DNA of 64,000 bases, taken from NCBI GenBank assembly GCA_029861785.1, contig JAOTYR010000001.1, positions 2,636-66,635 on the forward strand. The letters run 5' to 3'. The notes beneath the pieces were generated by a model that saw only the letters and a program-made list of their open reading frames with translations, was not told where the DNA came from and ran no database searches. This DNA comes from Nitrosopumilus sp. (GTDB lineage: Archaea; Thermoproteota; Nitrososphaeria; Nitrososphaerales; Nitrosopumilaceae). Position numbers and translations under genes: made by a program. Shown here one piece after another: positions 38,862-49,800 of the stretch. Positions within the stretch are counted from its first letter, which is position 1; each line of letters opens with the position of its first letter.

Positions 38862-40277
38862 ATGTTTACAACCAATGAAATGTCTGAATTTGAAAATCTT
38901 TTGAATAAATTACTTGAACAAAAACCAGAACTATCTAGGTCTGATATTGAAGAAATGATTCAACAGAAAAAAGAAAAAATTGGTGCAGGGTATCTAACTG
39001 ACCAAGGGGCAATTTTTTTAATTGCCTCTGATTTTGGGATATCACTTTCTGAACCACTAAAAGTAGAAATGGGGTTAAAGGATCTTTATGCCGGTGCAAA
39101 AGAAATTTCCTTAGAAACTAGGGTTCTTAATATGTCCCCAGCAAAACAATTTTCCAGAAAAGATGGCTCTCCATTTTACCTGAGAACCATGACAGTTTAC
39201 GATACTAACTCTACTGCTAGTGTTAAATTGTGGGATGAGAAAGCAAATACTCCTGGAATTGAAAATATCAAACCTGGTGATCTGGTAAAAATTATCAAGG
39301 CATATGTAAAATCAGATCTCAATGGAGATCCCACTATCAATATCGGATCAGGTTCTAATTTACAAACTGTAGATACTGAAAGTGAAATTCCAAATATAGA
39401 CAATATAACAAAAGATGTAAGTGAATTAAAAGAAGGACAAAAAGATTTGGTAATTTCAGGAATAATAGATGGAATGATTACCGGTATGGAATTTACAAAT
39501 TCTCGAGGACAGCCTGGTAAAGCTCTTAGAATGAGGCTGAAAGGAAAAGATGGAAATGCTATGAAGGTGGTACTGTGGGGACAAGATGAATCTAGCATCC
39601 CAAATATGATTTCTCAAGATGCCAAAGTTAGACTCCTTGGTGTTAAAGTAAGATCAGGGAATCAAGGAACAGAGATTCATGGTAATGAGTCAACTATAGT
39701 TGAAATTGAAGGAGGTAAAGAAGCAGAACCCATTATCAACAGAATACTTTCGATTTCAACAAATGAAAGTGGAAATAAAATGATATTAGGAGTTGACAAA
39801 AATAAAAAATTATTCAATATTAGTGATCTCTCAAATTCTATAGGAATTTTCAATGAAGGTGATGTAATAGAATTAATGCCATCAAAAGCTTATGGAAATT
39901 CTGTTACATTAGATGATAATTCATTTGTTAGAAAACTAGATGAGGATAATACAATCCCTTCACTGTCAAAACTTAGAACAAAAATAAATGATGTAAAAGT
40001 AGATGGAAATTATTGTATTGAGGCAATAGTTTTGAAGGTTCCAGAAAGACGAGAAGTCCAAACTAAATCAGGTGAATCTATTGCATTGTCTGAAATGTTT
40101 GTTGAAGACGATACTGGTCAAATCTGGGTTAAAGGTTGGAGAAATCAAGCAAGACTAATTGAAAAATGTGAGCTTGGAGAAATTATTTCCATAACTGGAC
40201 TTAGTGGTAGAGCTGGACTTGAAGGTAGAATAGATTTGTTCTTAACAGCTTTTTCTAAAATTACAAAGAAAAATTAA
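38862..40277 (+). CDS. Replication protein A / multi-OB-fold ssDNA-binding protein
   Basis: GYLTDQGAIFLIA N-terminus and OB folds (D...VKLW, VVLWG, EDDTGQIWVKGW). The start is probably 38880. Confidence 0.85.
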   Translation: MFTTNEMSEFENLLNKLLEQKPELSRSDIEEMIQQKKEKIGAGYLTDQGAIFLIASDFGISLSEPLKVEMGLKDLYAGAKEISLETRVLNMSPAKQFSRKDGSPFYLRTMTVYDTNSTASVKLWDEKANTPGIENIKPGDLVKIIKAYVKSDLNGDPTINIGSGSNLQTVDTESEIPNIDNITKDVSELKEGQKDLVISGIIDGMITGMEFTNSRGQPGKALRMRLKGKDGNAMKVVLWGQDESSIPNMISQDAKVRLLGVKVRSGNQGTEIHGNESTIVEIEGGKEAEPIINRILSISTNESGNKMILGVDKNKKLFNISDLSNSIGIFNEGDVIELMPSKAYGNSVTLDDNSFVRKLDEDNTIPSLSKLRTKINDVKVDGNYCIEAIVLKVPERREVQTKSGESIALSEMFVEDDTGQIWVKGWRNQARLIEKCELGEIISITGLSGRAGLEGRIDLFLTAFSKITKKN

Positions 40278-43027
40278 GAATCCCAAAATCCCCTCGTTAC
40301 TACATATTGTCTTTCTGCCTCATAGATTTGTTTAAATATTAATTCTTCATCAACCATATTTCGTAAGATTCGGGCACCAGTATCGGCACCCACACCATAT
40401 CCAGATAGTACCATAATAGCTAATTTTCCAAAATTTTCTATGAGTGAGGCCACTTTCCAGGCTCGGTCATACTTGTGTTTTTCATCTCCAGATAGTTTTT
40501 TTCCTTGATGCTTTTTACGAATAATTTTTGGGAGATCATAATCTGAGTAAAAGGTAGTGGTAATTTGTCTTGATTTACAGTATGGGCAAATTAGAAGATT
40601 TTTTACTTCTCGTGTTTCCACAACCCTTTCCCATTTTCCACACCTTGCACAAATTAATCGATGTTTTGTTTTTGCAAGCCTAGCCTTAACAAGATCAAGT
40701 ATACTTTTATCGAGATTAATCGGAGATGAGTAATATTTTGCGGTGTGATCTAAAATAGGTTCTGCTAATTTTGAAAACTTATCAACTTCTAACCATTTAA
40801 TTTTGATAATATTTTCCTTAATTTTTTTTAAAATCATTTCAGTATTTTTTAGATCATATTTATCATGAAATAGTTCTCTTAATGCCTCAGCTACTAATGG
40901 AGTTTTAGAATATCGTTCATATAAAAAATGGGCTGATTTTTTTTCATAAATTGCACCTCTTCTTACTACGCCAAATTTTTTTGCAACGCACCAAGTTCTC
41001 CAATTTACATTATGTGTTCCTGTTAAAGAGACTGTGACCATTGAATACAAATCATAATCATCGTTTATTACTTCAAGAAATAGTTTTTCGGAGATTCTTG
41101 ACCTTGAAGATAAAACAATTCTGTAACCATCAGATCTAGAATCAACTAAAAATCCAAGGATTGAAGATAACATCGAAGAAAGTAAAGTAGATAGTGTTGA
41201 ATTTATTTTTGTTCCAAAACATGAATGAATAACTATTGCACCTTGGGATCTACAAGATTCAATTACCATAGTATTTTCATCTGGGATATCCTTAAGCGTT
41301 AATTTTTCAATAGTTTGATTGATTAACTTCAAAGAACCATTTTTTACCTTTGTTCTAAAATGGCCTACTTTTTTTGCTGTATTATAGTCAATAGGGATAC
41401 TTTCTCCTTCCCAATAGGGAACAGTTATTCCACCTCCTCTAAATGGTTCAACATTTACGGTAAATGATTTTTCATCAACATTAAGAATTCTCCATTGTGA
41501 TCCCTTGAGAACAAAAATATTTCCAGAATCACCAAAATCTCCTACAAATCGTTGGTCCAATGATCCTATGATTTTTTTCCCTACACTATCAAAAACTTTG
41601 AATTTAAGAATATCAGGTATTGTAGACAGATTTTCAAAATAATATTTGAACGCACCACCTTTTTTTCTAAAACTCATTTCAATCCTGTCGAAAAATATCA
41701 GATAATTTGAATCAAGTAAATCTAAAACACTTACCAGGTCTTTCAGTTTTAAATTTCTAAAAGAATATGATTGAGTTATTGTTTCGTATGCTGTATCTAC
41801 AGACATTTCACCTAATTGCATGGTCATCCCTACTAGATGATGAGCTAGTACATCTAAAGAACCAGAATGTATTTTTTGTGGTTCAATAGAACCTTCTTTT
41901 ATTCGATCAAGTATTGCTTTAGCTTCAAATTCATCATCAAAATTATTTGTAATAATCAAACCTCTAGCTGATTCATTTCTATTGTGTTTACTTCTCCCAA
42001 TTCTTTGCACTAATTTTGAAACTTGTCTTGGGGAACCATAATGAATCACCAATTCTACTGAACCAATATCTAATCCCAATTCAAGTGAAGAAGTACAAAC
42101 AACGATACCTGATTTGCCTTCCCTAAGTGAAATTTCCGTATCTTCTCTTACTTCTTTTGATAATGAACCATGATGTAATTCAATGTTAATAGAAGATTTT
42201 TCCTTTAAAATTGAAGCCAAAAATTCTGCCTCACCTCTGGTGTTAGTAAAAAGTAGTATTGGAGAATTCTGATTCAAGTTTATAACATATTCAATAATTT
42301 TATCAGCAACATCTGAAATTGTTCCATCTACAAATTTTACTTCTACATCATAATCTCTTACTGACGAATCTCTAATTATTTCACATTTTCTTTTAGTTCC
42401 AACAACAAATTTACCAGCTTCTTCAAAATTACCTACAGTTGCAGATAGTCCGATTTTTGTTAGAGGATACTTTGAATTTAGTTGAAGTCTCTCTAAGCTT
42501 AATGATAGTTGAGAACCTCTTTCACTTGCCAGTAATTCATGAACTTCATCTATTACAATCCATTCAAGATCAGATAATGCATTCAACATCTTAATTTGAG
42601 TAAGTAAAATTACTAGAGTTTCAGGTGTGGTAATAAGAATATCAGGAGGGTTTTCAGTTATTTTCCTTCGTGCTTGCTGAGTAGTATCGCCATGTCTAAT
42701 TTCTATTGAAAGCTCCTTACTTTTTGCATATTTTGTAATTCTTCTAAAAACATCTCGATTAAGAGATCTTAATGGAGTAACGTAAAGAACTTTAATTTTA
42801 CCTAGTTTTTTAGAAGTTTTAACTAGGGAGAAAATTGGAATTACAGCACATTCAGTTTTTCCCGAACCGGTAGGTGCAATAACCAGACAATCTTTTTTTC
42901 TCAATATTTTTGGAGATGCCTTTTTTTGAATTTCTGTAAGAGTGGTAAATCCTAGATTGCCAAATAGGGAGTGAAGATTGGAGTTAGGAACTAGTTCTTT
43001 CGACTGTTTTTGATTTTGATTTTTCAT
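40274..43027 (-). CDS. lhr: Lhr-like SF2 ATP-dependent helicase
   Basis: APTGSGKT, RHGDT, DEVH, SAT, HHGSL, LELGLDIG, QRIGRS, P.WEGE and a C-terminal CxxC..CxxC. Confidence 0.9.
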   Translation of the reverse strand: MKNQNQKQSKELVPNSNLHSLFGNLGFTTLTEIQKKASPKILRKKDCLVIAPTGSGKTECAVIPIFSLVKTSKKLGKIKVLYVTPLRSLNRDVFRRITKYAKSKELSIEIRHGDTTQQARRKITENPPDILITTPETLVILLTQIKMLNALSDLEWIVIDEVHELLASERGSQLSLSLERLQLNSKYPLTKIGLSATVGNFEEAGKFVVGTKRKCEIIRDSSVRDYDVEVKFVDGTISDVADKIIEYVINLNQNSPILLFTNTRGEAEFLASILKEKSSINIELHHGSLSKEVREDTEISLREGKSGIVVCTSSLELGLDIGSVELVIHYGSPRQVSKLVQRIGRSKHNRNESARGLIITNNFDDEFEAKAILDRIKEGSIEPQKIHSGSLDVLAHHLVGMTMQLGEMSVDTAYETITQSYSFRNLKLKDLVSVLDLLDSNYLIFFDRIEMSFRKKGGAFKYYFENLSTIPDILKFKVFDSVGKKIIGSLDQRFVGDFGDSGNIFVLKGSQWRILNVDEKSFTVNVEPFRGGGITVPYWEGESIPIDYNTAKKVGHFRTKVKNGSLKLINQTIEKLTLKDIPDENTMVIESCRSQGAIVIHSCFGTKINSTLSTLLSSMLSSILGFLVDSRSDGYRIVLSSRSRISEKLFLEVINDDYDLYSMVTVSLTGTHNVNWRTWCVAKKFGVVRRGAIYEKKSAHFLYERYSKTPLVAEALRELFHDKYDLKNTEMILKKIKENIIKIKWLEVDKFSKLAEPILDHTAKYYSSPINLDKSILDLVKARLAKTKHRLICARCGKWERVVETREVKNLLICPYCKSRQITTTFYSDYDLPKIIRKKHQGKKLSGDEKHKYDRAWKVASLIENFGKLAIMVLSGYGVGADTGARILRNMVDEELIFKQIYEAERQYVVTRGFWDS

Positions 43028-43103
43028 AAACCATTACGCCGACTAGCCCAATTGCAAATAAAATTACTGTAATTACTGGAATAGAATCAAAAATTCCCGC
43101 CAT
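42984..43103 (-). CDS. Putative 39-aa single-TM microprotein (not in ORF track)
   Basis: MAGIFDSIPVITVILFAIGLVGVMVYEKSKSKTVERTSS*. Fills the gap between the radA-like gene and lhr, and overlaps the annotated lhr start by 44 nt. Confidence 0.4.
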   Translation of the reverse strand: MAGIFDSIPVITVILFAIGLVGVMVYEKSKSKTVERTSS

Positions 43104-43125
43104 AGGTTAATTATTTCCATCATCA

Positions 43126-43785
43126 TTAAAAATCTTCAGTATTTTCGGATAATCCATGCGTGTCTATAATATAAGAAAAGGTTTGGTGGTTTAATAACCA
43201 ATTTACTTCTCCGTTATATTTTGATGAATTTTTAGATAATTTAATTTTGATATGTGTAAAAATATCTACAGCCTTTTTCATATTTTCCACTTGTTTATCA
43301 CCAATATTTCTAATCATATTGGTAATAACAATTGGAATATTATCGGTAATTGCAATTGAAGAAAGATCATGAAGGTGTTTCATGAATAAAGCATTTTTTT
43401 TATATGTAGAATTTCCAGTTTTGTATTCATAAGAAAATAAATCTGTAATATTATCAATTGCAATGAGCGAATAATTTCCTTTTCTTAGATTTTTAATGGA
43501 ATTTATCTGCTCAGATGTATTTGTTACTCTAGAAACGGTAATTTTATCTAAAATATCAAAACCAAAATTTTGATTTTTCTTCATCTCTAGAATACGTTCT
43601 GGTCTAAATCCACCTGTTGTATCTAAATAAAGAACAGTTCCACCTTCTCTTATGGCATTGATTGAGATTTGGAACAATAATTGTGTCTTACCCGTTCCAT
43701 TCTCACCATAAATATCGGTGATGACGCTTGAAGGAATTCCACCTGATAGAAATTCATCTAATTTTTGTAAACCTGTAGAAATCAT
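43126..43785 (-). CDS. RadA/RadB-like recombinase paralog (ATPase core only)
   Basis: ISTG...LD.FL.GGIP, YGENGTGKTQ, YLDT.GGFRPERI and VITN. Confidence 0.85.
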   Translation of the reverse strand: MISTGLQKLDEFLSGGIPSSVITDIYGENGTGKTQLLFQISINAIREGGTVLYLDTTGGFRPERILEMKKNQNFGFDILDKITVSRVTNTSEQINSIKNLRKGNYSLIAIDNITDLFSYEYKTGNSTYKKNALFMKHLHDLSSIAITDNIPIVITNMIRNIGDKQVENMKKAVDIFTHIKIKLSKNSSKYNGEVNWLLNHQTFSYIIDTHGLSENTEDF

Positions 43786-43894
43786 TTATTTAATTAAAGA
43801 AAAACGGGGGAAAAATTTAAGGAATTTCATTATTTCGCAAAGAGGCAAGGCTTTTATTCAAGATAACAACGATGCCAAATTAAGTGAATAATTA

Positions 43895-44137
43895 GTGTCA
43901 CAAAGTAGCGCAAAAAGACCATTGACCATGCTTCAAAAAAGCACAAAGAAAAAAGTTACTGTTAGACTGAAAAATGAAGTTGAGTACAAGGGCAAAATGG
44001 ATAATGTTGATTCTTATATGAATCTGATTATGACTGATGCAGAGGAACTTCAAAAAGACAAAGTAATTGCAAATTATGGTAGAGTAATAGTCAGAGGTAA
44101 TAACGTTTTATTTATCAAAATCGAAAATGAACTCTAA
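43895..44137 (+). CDS. Sm-like (Lsm/SmAP) RNA-binding protein
   Basis: VRLKN..EYKG...VDSYMNL...DAEE and IVRGNNVLFI. Confidence 0.92.
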   Translation: MSQSSAKRPLTMLQKSTKKKVTVRLKNEVEYKGKMDNVDSYMNLIMTDAEELQKDKVIANYGRVIVRGNNVLFIKIENEL

Positions 44138-44152
44138 GATTTAGTGGTCCCT

Positions 44153-45319
44153 ATGACTAACAATTTTCTGTTTACATCAGAATCAGTCACTGAAGGACAT
44201 CCAGATAAAATATGTGATCAGATTTCAGATGCTTTTTTAGATGAATTTTTAAGACAAGATCCAAATTCAAGAGTAGCTGTTGAAACTCTTGTCACAACTG
44301 ATTTTGTAGCCGTTGCTGGAGAGGTAACTTCAAAGGCAGATTTTGATAAAAAAGCACAGGAAGAATTAGTGAGAAAAACCATTAGAGAAATTGGCTACAA
44401 TAATAAAGATTTGATGTTTGATACTGATTCGTGTGAAATTACCTTAAGACTTCATTCCCAAAGTCCAGATATTAGCCAAGGAGTTACAGCAACAGAAGAA
44501 AAAGAACAAGGGGCAGGAGATCAAGGCCTAATGTTTGGATATGCAACAAATGAAACAGAAGAATTTATGCCAATGCCAATTTTGCTTTCTCAAAAACTTG
44601 CTCAACAGTTGGCTAAAGTAAGAAAAAATAATGTTTTACCTTGGGTTAGACCAGATGGAAAAACCCAAGTTTCTGTGAGATATGAGAATAATAAACCAAC
44701 AAAAATAGAAACAATTGTAATTTCAACTCAACATTCTCCAGAAGTTTCTCAAGAAGAAATAACAAGAGAGATGATAGAAAAAGTAATCAAGCCGGTATTG
44801 GGAAATCTTTGGAATGATAAAATAATAATCCATATCAATCCAACAGGAAAATTTGTTATTGGAGGTCCACATGGTGATGCCGGACTTACTGGAAGAAAAA
44901 TAATTGTGGATACTTATGGTGGTTTTGGAAGGCATGGAGGAGGTGCTTTTTCAGGAAAGGATCCCTCAAAAGTTGATAGATCAGCATGTTACATGTGTAG
45001 ATATATTGCAAAAAATATTATTGCTGCAGAATTAGCAGAAAGATGTGAAGTACAATTAGCCTACGCGATAGGAGTAGCCGAACCTGTATCTCTTTATGTC
45101 AATACTTTTGGAACAAGTAAAATTCCTGAAAAAGAGATTGAGGAAATTGTAAGGAAGAATTTTGATATGAAACCCTCAGGGATTATTTCAAGTTTAGATT
45201 TAAAAAGACCTATCTATCGAAAGACCGCCTCATATGGTCATTTTGGAAGAAATGAGCCAGAATTTAATTGGGAAAAGACCGATAAGGCAGATAAATTAAA
45301 GCAAGATGCCAGACTTTAA
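44153..45319 (+). CDS. metK: S-adenosylmethionine synthetase (bacterial/eukaryotic type)
   Basis: [20 protein letters not shown] and [19 protein letters not shown] at 44153. Confidence 0.95.
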   Translation: MTNNFLFTSESVTEGHPDKICDQISDAFLDEFLRQDPNSRVAVETLVTTDFVAVAGEVTSKADFDKKAQEELVRKTIREIGYNNKDLMFDTDSCEITLRLHSQSPDISQGVTATEEKEQGAGDQGLMFGYATNETEEFMPMPILLSQKLAQQLAKVRKNNVLPWVRPDGKTQVSVRYENNKPTKIETIVISTQHSPEVSQEEITREMIEKVIKPVLGNLWNDKIIIHINPTGKFVIGGPHGDAGLTGRKIIVDTYGGFGRHGGGAFSGKDPSKVDRSACYMCRYIAKNIIAAELAERCEVQLAYAIGVAEPVSLYVNTFGTSKIPEKEIEEIVRKNFDMKPSGIISSLDLKRPIYRKTASYGHFGRNEPEFNWEKTDKADKLKQDARL

Positions 45320-46171
45320 TAATTCTTGGATAGATTGAAAAGAGATTTTTGAAATCTTTTGTAATTTTTTGTGATCACCCGAAAAATCTCCAACCAGAAG
45401 ATTTAGATCATCAACTCCAAATTCGCTATGAGGATTTGATATTGCATCATGATAAGCAGATTCTAGATTTATTTTTTTTATTTTAGCTTTAGTTTTCTTT
45501 GAGAAAAGTGTAACATATTTTTGAAATGAAATTGATTCAGAACCTACAAGATCGAGAATTTGTTTATTGAATTTATTCTCAGATATTGCCTTAGAAATTA
45601 TTTGAGAAACGTCTTTAATGTGGATTGGTTGAATAGAGTATTTTCCGCTTCCAGGAATTTGGATCTCTCCTTTTTTGATTTGTTTTTTAAGATATTTTGT
45701 AAAAAGGTCATCTTTTCCAATAATATAAGATGGTCTGAAAATGGTGTAATCTAAGCCAGATTCAATTATCAATTTTTCTGCCTGATATTTTGAAACAAAA
45801 TAACTCATTGAACTTGATTTAGAAACTCCTAATCCGCTTGTGTAAACAATTTTTTTTATGTTTGCTTTTTTACATAAATGAATAATTTTTTTTGTAAACT
45901 CTACATTAATTAAATTATAATTATTTTTAATAGATTGTTTTCCTATTCCAACAAGATGTATTAGACCATTTGAATTTTTTATTTTAGGAAGAATTATTTT
46001 TTCATTATAATCCTTAGAAACAATTTTAGTTTCATTTTTTAATTTCTTAAAGTTCTTCCTAGATATTGAAATTAACTCTATATTATTTTCAGAGAGATAT
46101 TTTCTAACATTTTTTGCCACAAATCCACTTGCTCCAGTGACAACTATTTGAAAATTTTTCGTCATACTCAA
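45296..46171 (-). CDS. NAD-dependent epimerase/dehydratase (atypical SDR)
   Basis: [22 protein letters not shown] and QPIHIKDV. Confidence 0.85.
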   Translation of the reverse strand: MSMTKNFQIVVTGASGFVAKNVRKYLSENNIELISISRKNFKKLKNETKIVSKDYNEKIILPKIKNSNGLIHLVGIGKQSIKNNYNLINVEFTKKIIHLCKKANIKKIVYTSGLGVSKSSSMSYFVSKYQAEKLIIESGLDYTIFRPSYIIGKDDLFTKYLKKQIKKGEIQIPGSGKYSIQPIHIKDVSQIISKAISENKFNKQILDLVGSESISFQKYVTLFSKKTKAKIKKINLESAYHDAISNPHSEFGVDDLNLLVGDFSGDHKKLQKISKISFQSIQELLKSGILL

Positions 46172-46238
46172 TTCTAAAAGGATTTGATTTTAAATATATT
46201 CTAAAAAAGTAAACAAGAATTAATACATCAATAGGAAC

Positions 46239-47336
46239 ATGGTTATCGTGGAAAAATCAGATAAAAAAAAATTAAAAACAGGATTTACCACAGGAACTTC
46301 TGCTACGGCTGGAGCAATAGCTGCTCTTTTATCAATAATTAAACAAAAAAAAATCCAAAATATTGACGTTAAATTACCTAAAGGGAATTTTTTAAAAATT
46401 CCAATTCATCTATGCAAATTTGATAAAAATAATGCCCGATGTTCTGTAATCAAAAATGGGGGGGATGATCCAGATGTTACTCATGGTGCTGAAATTATAG
46501 TTGATTTAATCTTAACAGAAAAGAAAAATGAAATCGAGATAGAAGGTGGAGAAGGAGTTGGTATTGTAACTAAACCTGGATTAGGCTTAGAAATCAATAA
46601 ACCTGCAATTAACCCCGTTCCAAAAAAAATGATTAAAGAAAACTTGATGTCGACTGCAGGTAATCTGCTATCAGAAAAAGGGATCAAAATTACCATTTCT
46701 ATTCCAAAGGGAAAAGAATTAGGTCCAAAAACAGATAATCCTAGAATTGGAATATTACATGGAATATCTATTTTAGGAACAAGTGGTATTGTCATACCAT
46801 TTTCTACTGCATCATATGCAGCATCTATCAGACAAAATCTAGATGTTGTAGTTGCAATGGGAAATGATACAGTTGTTCTTACAACTGGCGGAAGAAGCGA
46901 AGATTTTGCTAAAAAAATAATTGATTTACCAGAACATTGTTTTGTTCAAATGGGAGATTTTTCAGGATATTCTATCCAACAATGCTCAAAAAAAAATATC
47001 AAGAAAGCATATGTTGTGGGATTTATTGGCAAATTAGCAAAAATGGCGGCAGGAGTAAAACAGACTCACGTCAAGGGATCTAAAGTAAATATGAAATTTT
47101 TGTCAGAGTTAGCTAAAAATTGTAAGGCCAATGAAACAATAATTGATACCATTCAAAAAGCAAATACGGCCAGACATGTATTAGAAATAATTAAAGAAAA
47201 TCAAATAGTTGGGTTTTTTGAGCAGATTTGTGAAGAAACATTCAAACAAATGAAGAAGCATTCAGACGGAAAGATTTCCTTAGAAGTGATATTATTTGAC
47301 TTTGATGGGAAAATTCTAGCAAGAAAATCCTATTAG
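46239..47336 (+). CDS. cbiD: Cobalt-precorrin-5B C1-methyltransferase
   Basis: LKTGFTTGT, K.GGDDPDVTHG, AINPVP, GISILGTSGIV and GKLAKMAAG...TH. Confidence 0.94.
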   Translation: MVIVEKSDKKKLKTGFTTGTSATAGAIAALLSIIKQKKIQNIDVKLPKGNFLKIPIHLCKFDKNNARCSVIKNGGDDPDVTHGAEIIVDLILTEKKNEIEIEGGEGVGIVTKPGLGLEINKPAINPVPKKMIKENLMSTAGNLLSEKGIKITISIPKGKELGPKTDNPRIGILHGISILGTSGIVIPFSTASYAASIRQNLDVVVAMGNDTVVLTTGGRSEDFAKKIIDLPEHCFVQMGDFSGYSIQQCSKKNIKKAYVVGFIGKLAKMAAGVKQTHVKGSKVNMKFLSELAKNCKANETIIDTIQKANTARHVLEIIKENQIVGFFEQICEETFKQMKKHSDGKISLEVILFDFDGKILARKSY

Positions 47337-47370
47337 CAAGGTATTTTATTAATTTTAGAACTTTCCAAGT

Positions 47371-48420
47371 GTGGAAAAAGTTTCGGTTCTTGCAATTACT
47401 AAAAATGGAATTGTTATTGGATCTAAATTAAAAGAAATTTTTCCTCATTGGAATGTTTATGCTCCATCAAAATTTTCAAATGATGAGGAAATAAATTGGT
47501 ATTTTAATCCTACATCGGAAAAAATTATCGAGTTATTTAAGAATAGTAATGCCTTAATTTGCTTATTTTCATTAGGAGCAGTAATTAGATTAATAGCCCC
47601 ACATTTGAAAGATAAAAAAACTGACCCTGCAGTTATTGTAATTGATGACAAAATTAATTTTGTAATCAGCGTGTTATCAGGTCATTTAGGTGGTGCTAAT
47701 GAGCTAACAAAGACTATCGCTGAAAAATTAAATTCCAAAGCAGTAATTACCACAGCAGCAGATGTAAACAAAACCATTGCAGTTGATCTTTTAGGGAAGG
47801 GTTTTGGATGGAAAATTGAGGATGATTCCACAGTAACAAAAATAAGTGCCCATATGGTAAATGAAGAAAAAATTGGAGTGTATCAAGATGCAGGAAAAAC
47901 AAATTTGCTTAAAGAATTGCCAAAAAATGTGAAAATTTATGAAAGCATGGATGATTTGAAAAATTCACATTCCAAAGGAAATTTAATAATTTCTGACCGA
48001 ATCGTGAATTATGATTTCATTGATAATTCGGTGATTTATCGTCCACCTAGTTTAGTAATAGGAATTGGTTTGCATAGGGATACATCAAAACAAACAATCA
48101 GGGATGGAATTGATGTTTGCCTAAAAAAATACAATCTAAGTCAAAAATCTATTTCTAAATTAGTCTCAATAAAAAAACCAAAAGATGTTCAAGGTTTGGT
48201 GGATGTTGGAAAAGAAATGAAAATTCCAGTTGAATATGTAGATAGAGAAGACCTGGCAGAAGTTCCAACACCTAATCCCTCTGATACAGTTAAAGCATTT
48301 GAGGGTACTTCAAGTGTATCTGAAGCTGCTGCAATCAAAGCCTCTGGAGGCAAATTAATTGTGGAAAAGCAAAAATTCCCGCCTAATTTGACCATAGCAA
48401 TAGCGAGGATTTTAGATTGA
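47371..48420 (+). CDS. cbiG: Cobalt-precorrin-5A hydrolase
   Basis: GAVIRLIAP.L.DK.TDPAV, SGHLGGAN, VITTA.D and SVSEAAA. Confidence 0.93.
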   Translation: MEKVSVLAITKNGIVIGSKLKEIFPHWNVYAPSKFSNDEEINWYFNPTSEKIIELFKNSNALICLFSLGAVIRLIAPHLKDKKTDPAVIVIDDKINFVISVLSGHLGGANELTKTIAEKLNSKAVITTAADVNKTIAVDLLGKGFGWKIEDDSTVTKISAHMVNEEKIGVYQDAGKTNLLKELPKNVKIYESMDDLKNSHSKGNLIISDRIVNYDFIDNSVIYRPPSLVIGIGLHRDTSKQTIRDGIDVCLKKYNLSQKSISKLVSIKKPKDVQGLVDVGKEMKIPVEYVDREDLAEVPTPNPSDTVKAFEGTSSVSEAAAIKASGGKLIVEKQKFPPNLTIAIARILD

Positions 48421-49169
48421 AACGAGGCTTATTGCTAATAGATAGAGGAAGCAGAGAAAGAGAAGCATCCGAAGAACTAGAAGTCATATGTGAAGGAGTC
48501 AAGGCTAAAGGAGATTATACCTTTACAGACTATTGTTTTCTTGAGGTTGAGCCTCCGTATATTGAAGATGGCATACAAAAGTCATTGAAGCAAGATATAG
48601 AATCACTTACTATCGTGCCATATTTTCTCTATCCTGGAAAAAAAGTAAAACTAGCAGTTTCCGATGTGATGAAATTTCAGAAAAATACTGATGTAAAATT
48701 TCTTGTAACAAAACCAATGAGTATGCATAAAACTTTGATTAATCTTGTTGAAAATAGAATATCAACTTCTTTAAATGAAAATAAAATTACAAATTCTAAA
48801 AAAAATATTGATGTTTTAATAATTGGTCATGGTAGTAAAGATCCAAATGCTCAAATGTCATTAAATTATGTTGTAGATGGGTTAAAAGAAAAATATAGAA
48901 ATGTTAGTAGATGTTTCTTAGAAATTGAACAACCAGATATTTTTGAAGGAATAAAAAGTTGTGAAAAAAATAATCCAGAAGTTCTTGTAATCGTTTTTTA
49001 TTTTTTACATGAAGGTGCACATGTTAAAACAGATATTAATAATGATCTTAAGCCAGCCATTGAAAAATCAAATTTAAAAAAAATATGCATCACTAAACAT
49101 TTAGGAACAGATGAGAAAATGATTGATTTGATAGTTGAAAGAGCAAAAGAGGTTGAAAATGCAAACTGA
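48417..49169 (+). CDS. cbiX: Sirohydrochlorin cobaltochelatase CbiX-like (two-domain)
   Basis: Duplicated domain (RGSR..FLE..P.I and HGSK..FLE..PDI; FLHEGAHV..DI) in a cobalamin cluster. Confidence 0.85.
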   Translation: MKRGLLLIDRGSREREASEELEVICEGVKAKGDYTFTDYCFLEVEPPYIEDGIQKSLKQDIESLTIVPYFLYPGKKVKLAVSDVMKFQKNTDVKFLVTKPMSMHKTLINLVENRISTSLNENKITNSKKNIDVLIIGHGSKDPNAQMSLNYVVDGLKEKYRNVSRCFLEIEQPDIFEGIKSCEKNNPEVLVIVFYFLHEGAHVKTDINNDLKPAIEKSNLKKICITKHLGTDEKMIDLIVERAKEVENAN

Positions 49170-49800
49170 AAAGGGTCAATCAATAGAAGATGCAAGTATG
49201 GAAATTATTGAAAACGAAATTGGAAATCATGATTATAGTGAAAAAGAATGGCCAATCGTTAGGAGAATTATTCATTCAACAGCTGATTTTGATTTTGTAA
49301 CTAAAAATAAAATTGTTTTTTCTAAAAATGCAATTGAAAGTGGAATTAATGCGCTCAAAAATGGTTGTAGTGTAATAGTTGACGTTAATGGGGTTATTGG
49401 AGGAATGAATAAACAAAATCCCAAAGATTTCAAAAATAAGATAATTTGCAATATTTCGAGCCCTGAAATTATGGAATTAGCTAAAAAACAGGGAAAAACA
49501 CGTTCTCAGGTGTCAATGAGAGTTGCTTCTTCTGATATGGAGGGTGGAATAGTCGTGATAGGAAATGCCCCAACTGCACTTTTAGAGGTAATTCAGATGA
49601 TCAAGGAAGGTCTGGTCAAACCAGCATTGATTATTGGCATTCCTGTAGGCTTCATTTCTTCGCCAGAATCAAAAGAAGAACTTTCTCATATCACAGAAGT
49701 TCCCTTTATTACAAATATTGGAAGAAAAGGAGGTAGTTCTTCAGCCTCTGCAATCCTTAATGCACTATATAAACTTCTTAGGTCAGATTTAACGTCTTGA
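49159..49800 (+). CDS. cbiC: Precorrin-8X/cobalt-precorrin-8 methylmutase
   Basis: IE..S..II, RRIIHSTADF, IGNAPTAL, G.PVGF...ESK and GRKGGS. ATG at 49159. Confidence 0.93.
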   Translation: MQTEKGQSIEDASMEIIENEIGNHDYSEKEWPIVRRIIHSTADFDFVTKNKIVFSKNAIESGINALKNGCSVIVDVNGVIGGMNKQNPKDFKNKIICNISSPEIMELAKKQGKTRSQVSMRVASSDMEGGIVVIGNAPTALLEVIQMIKEGLVKPALIIGIPVGFISSPESKEELSHITEVPFITNIGRKGGSSSASAILNALYKLLRSDLTS

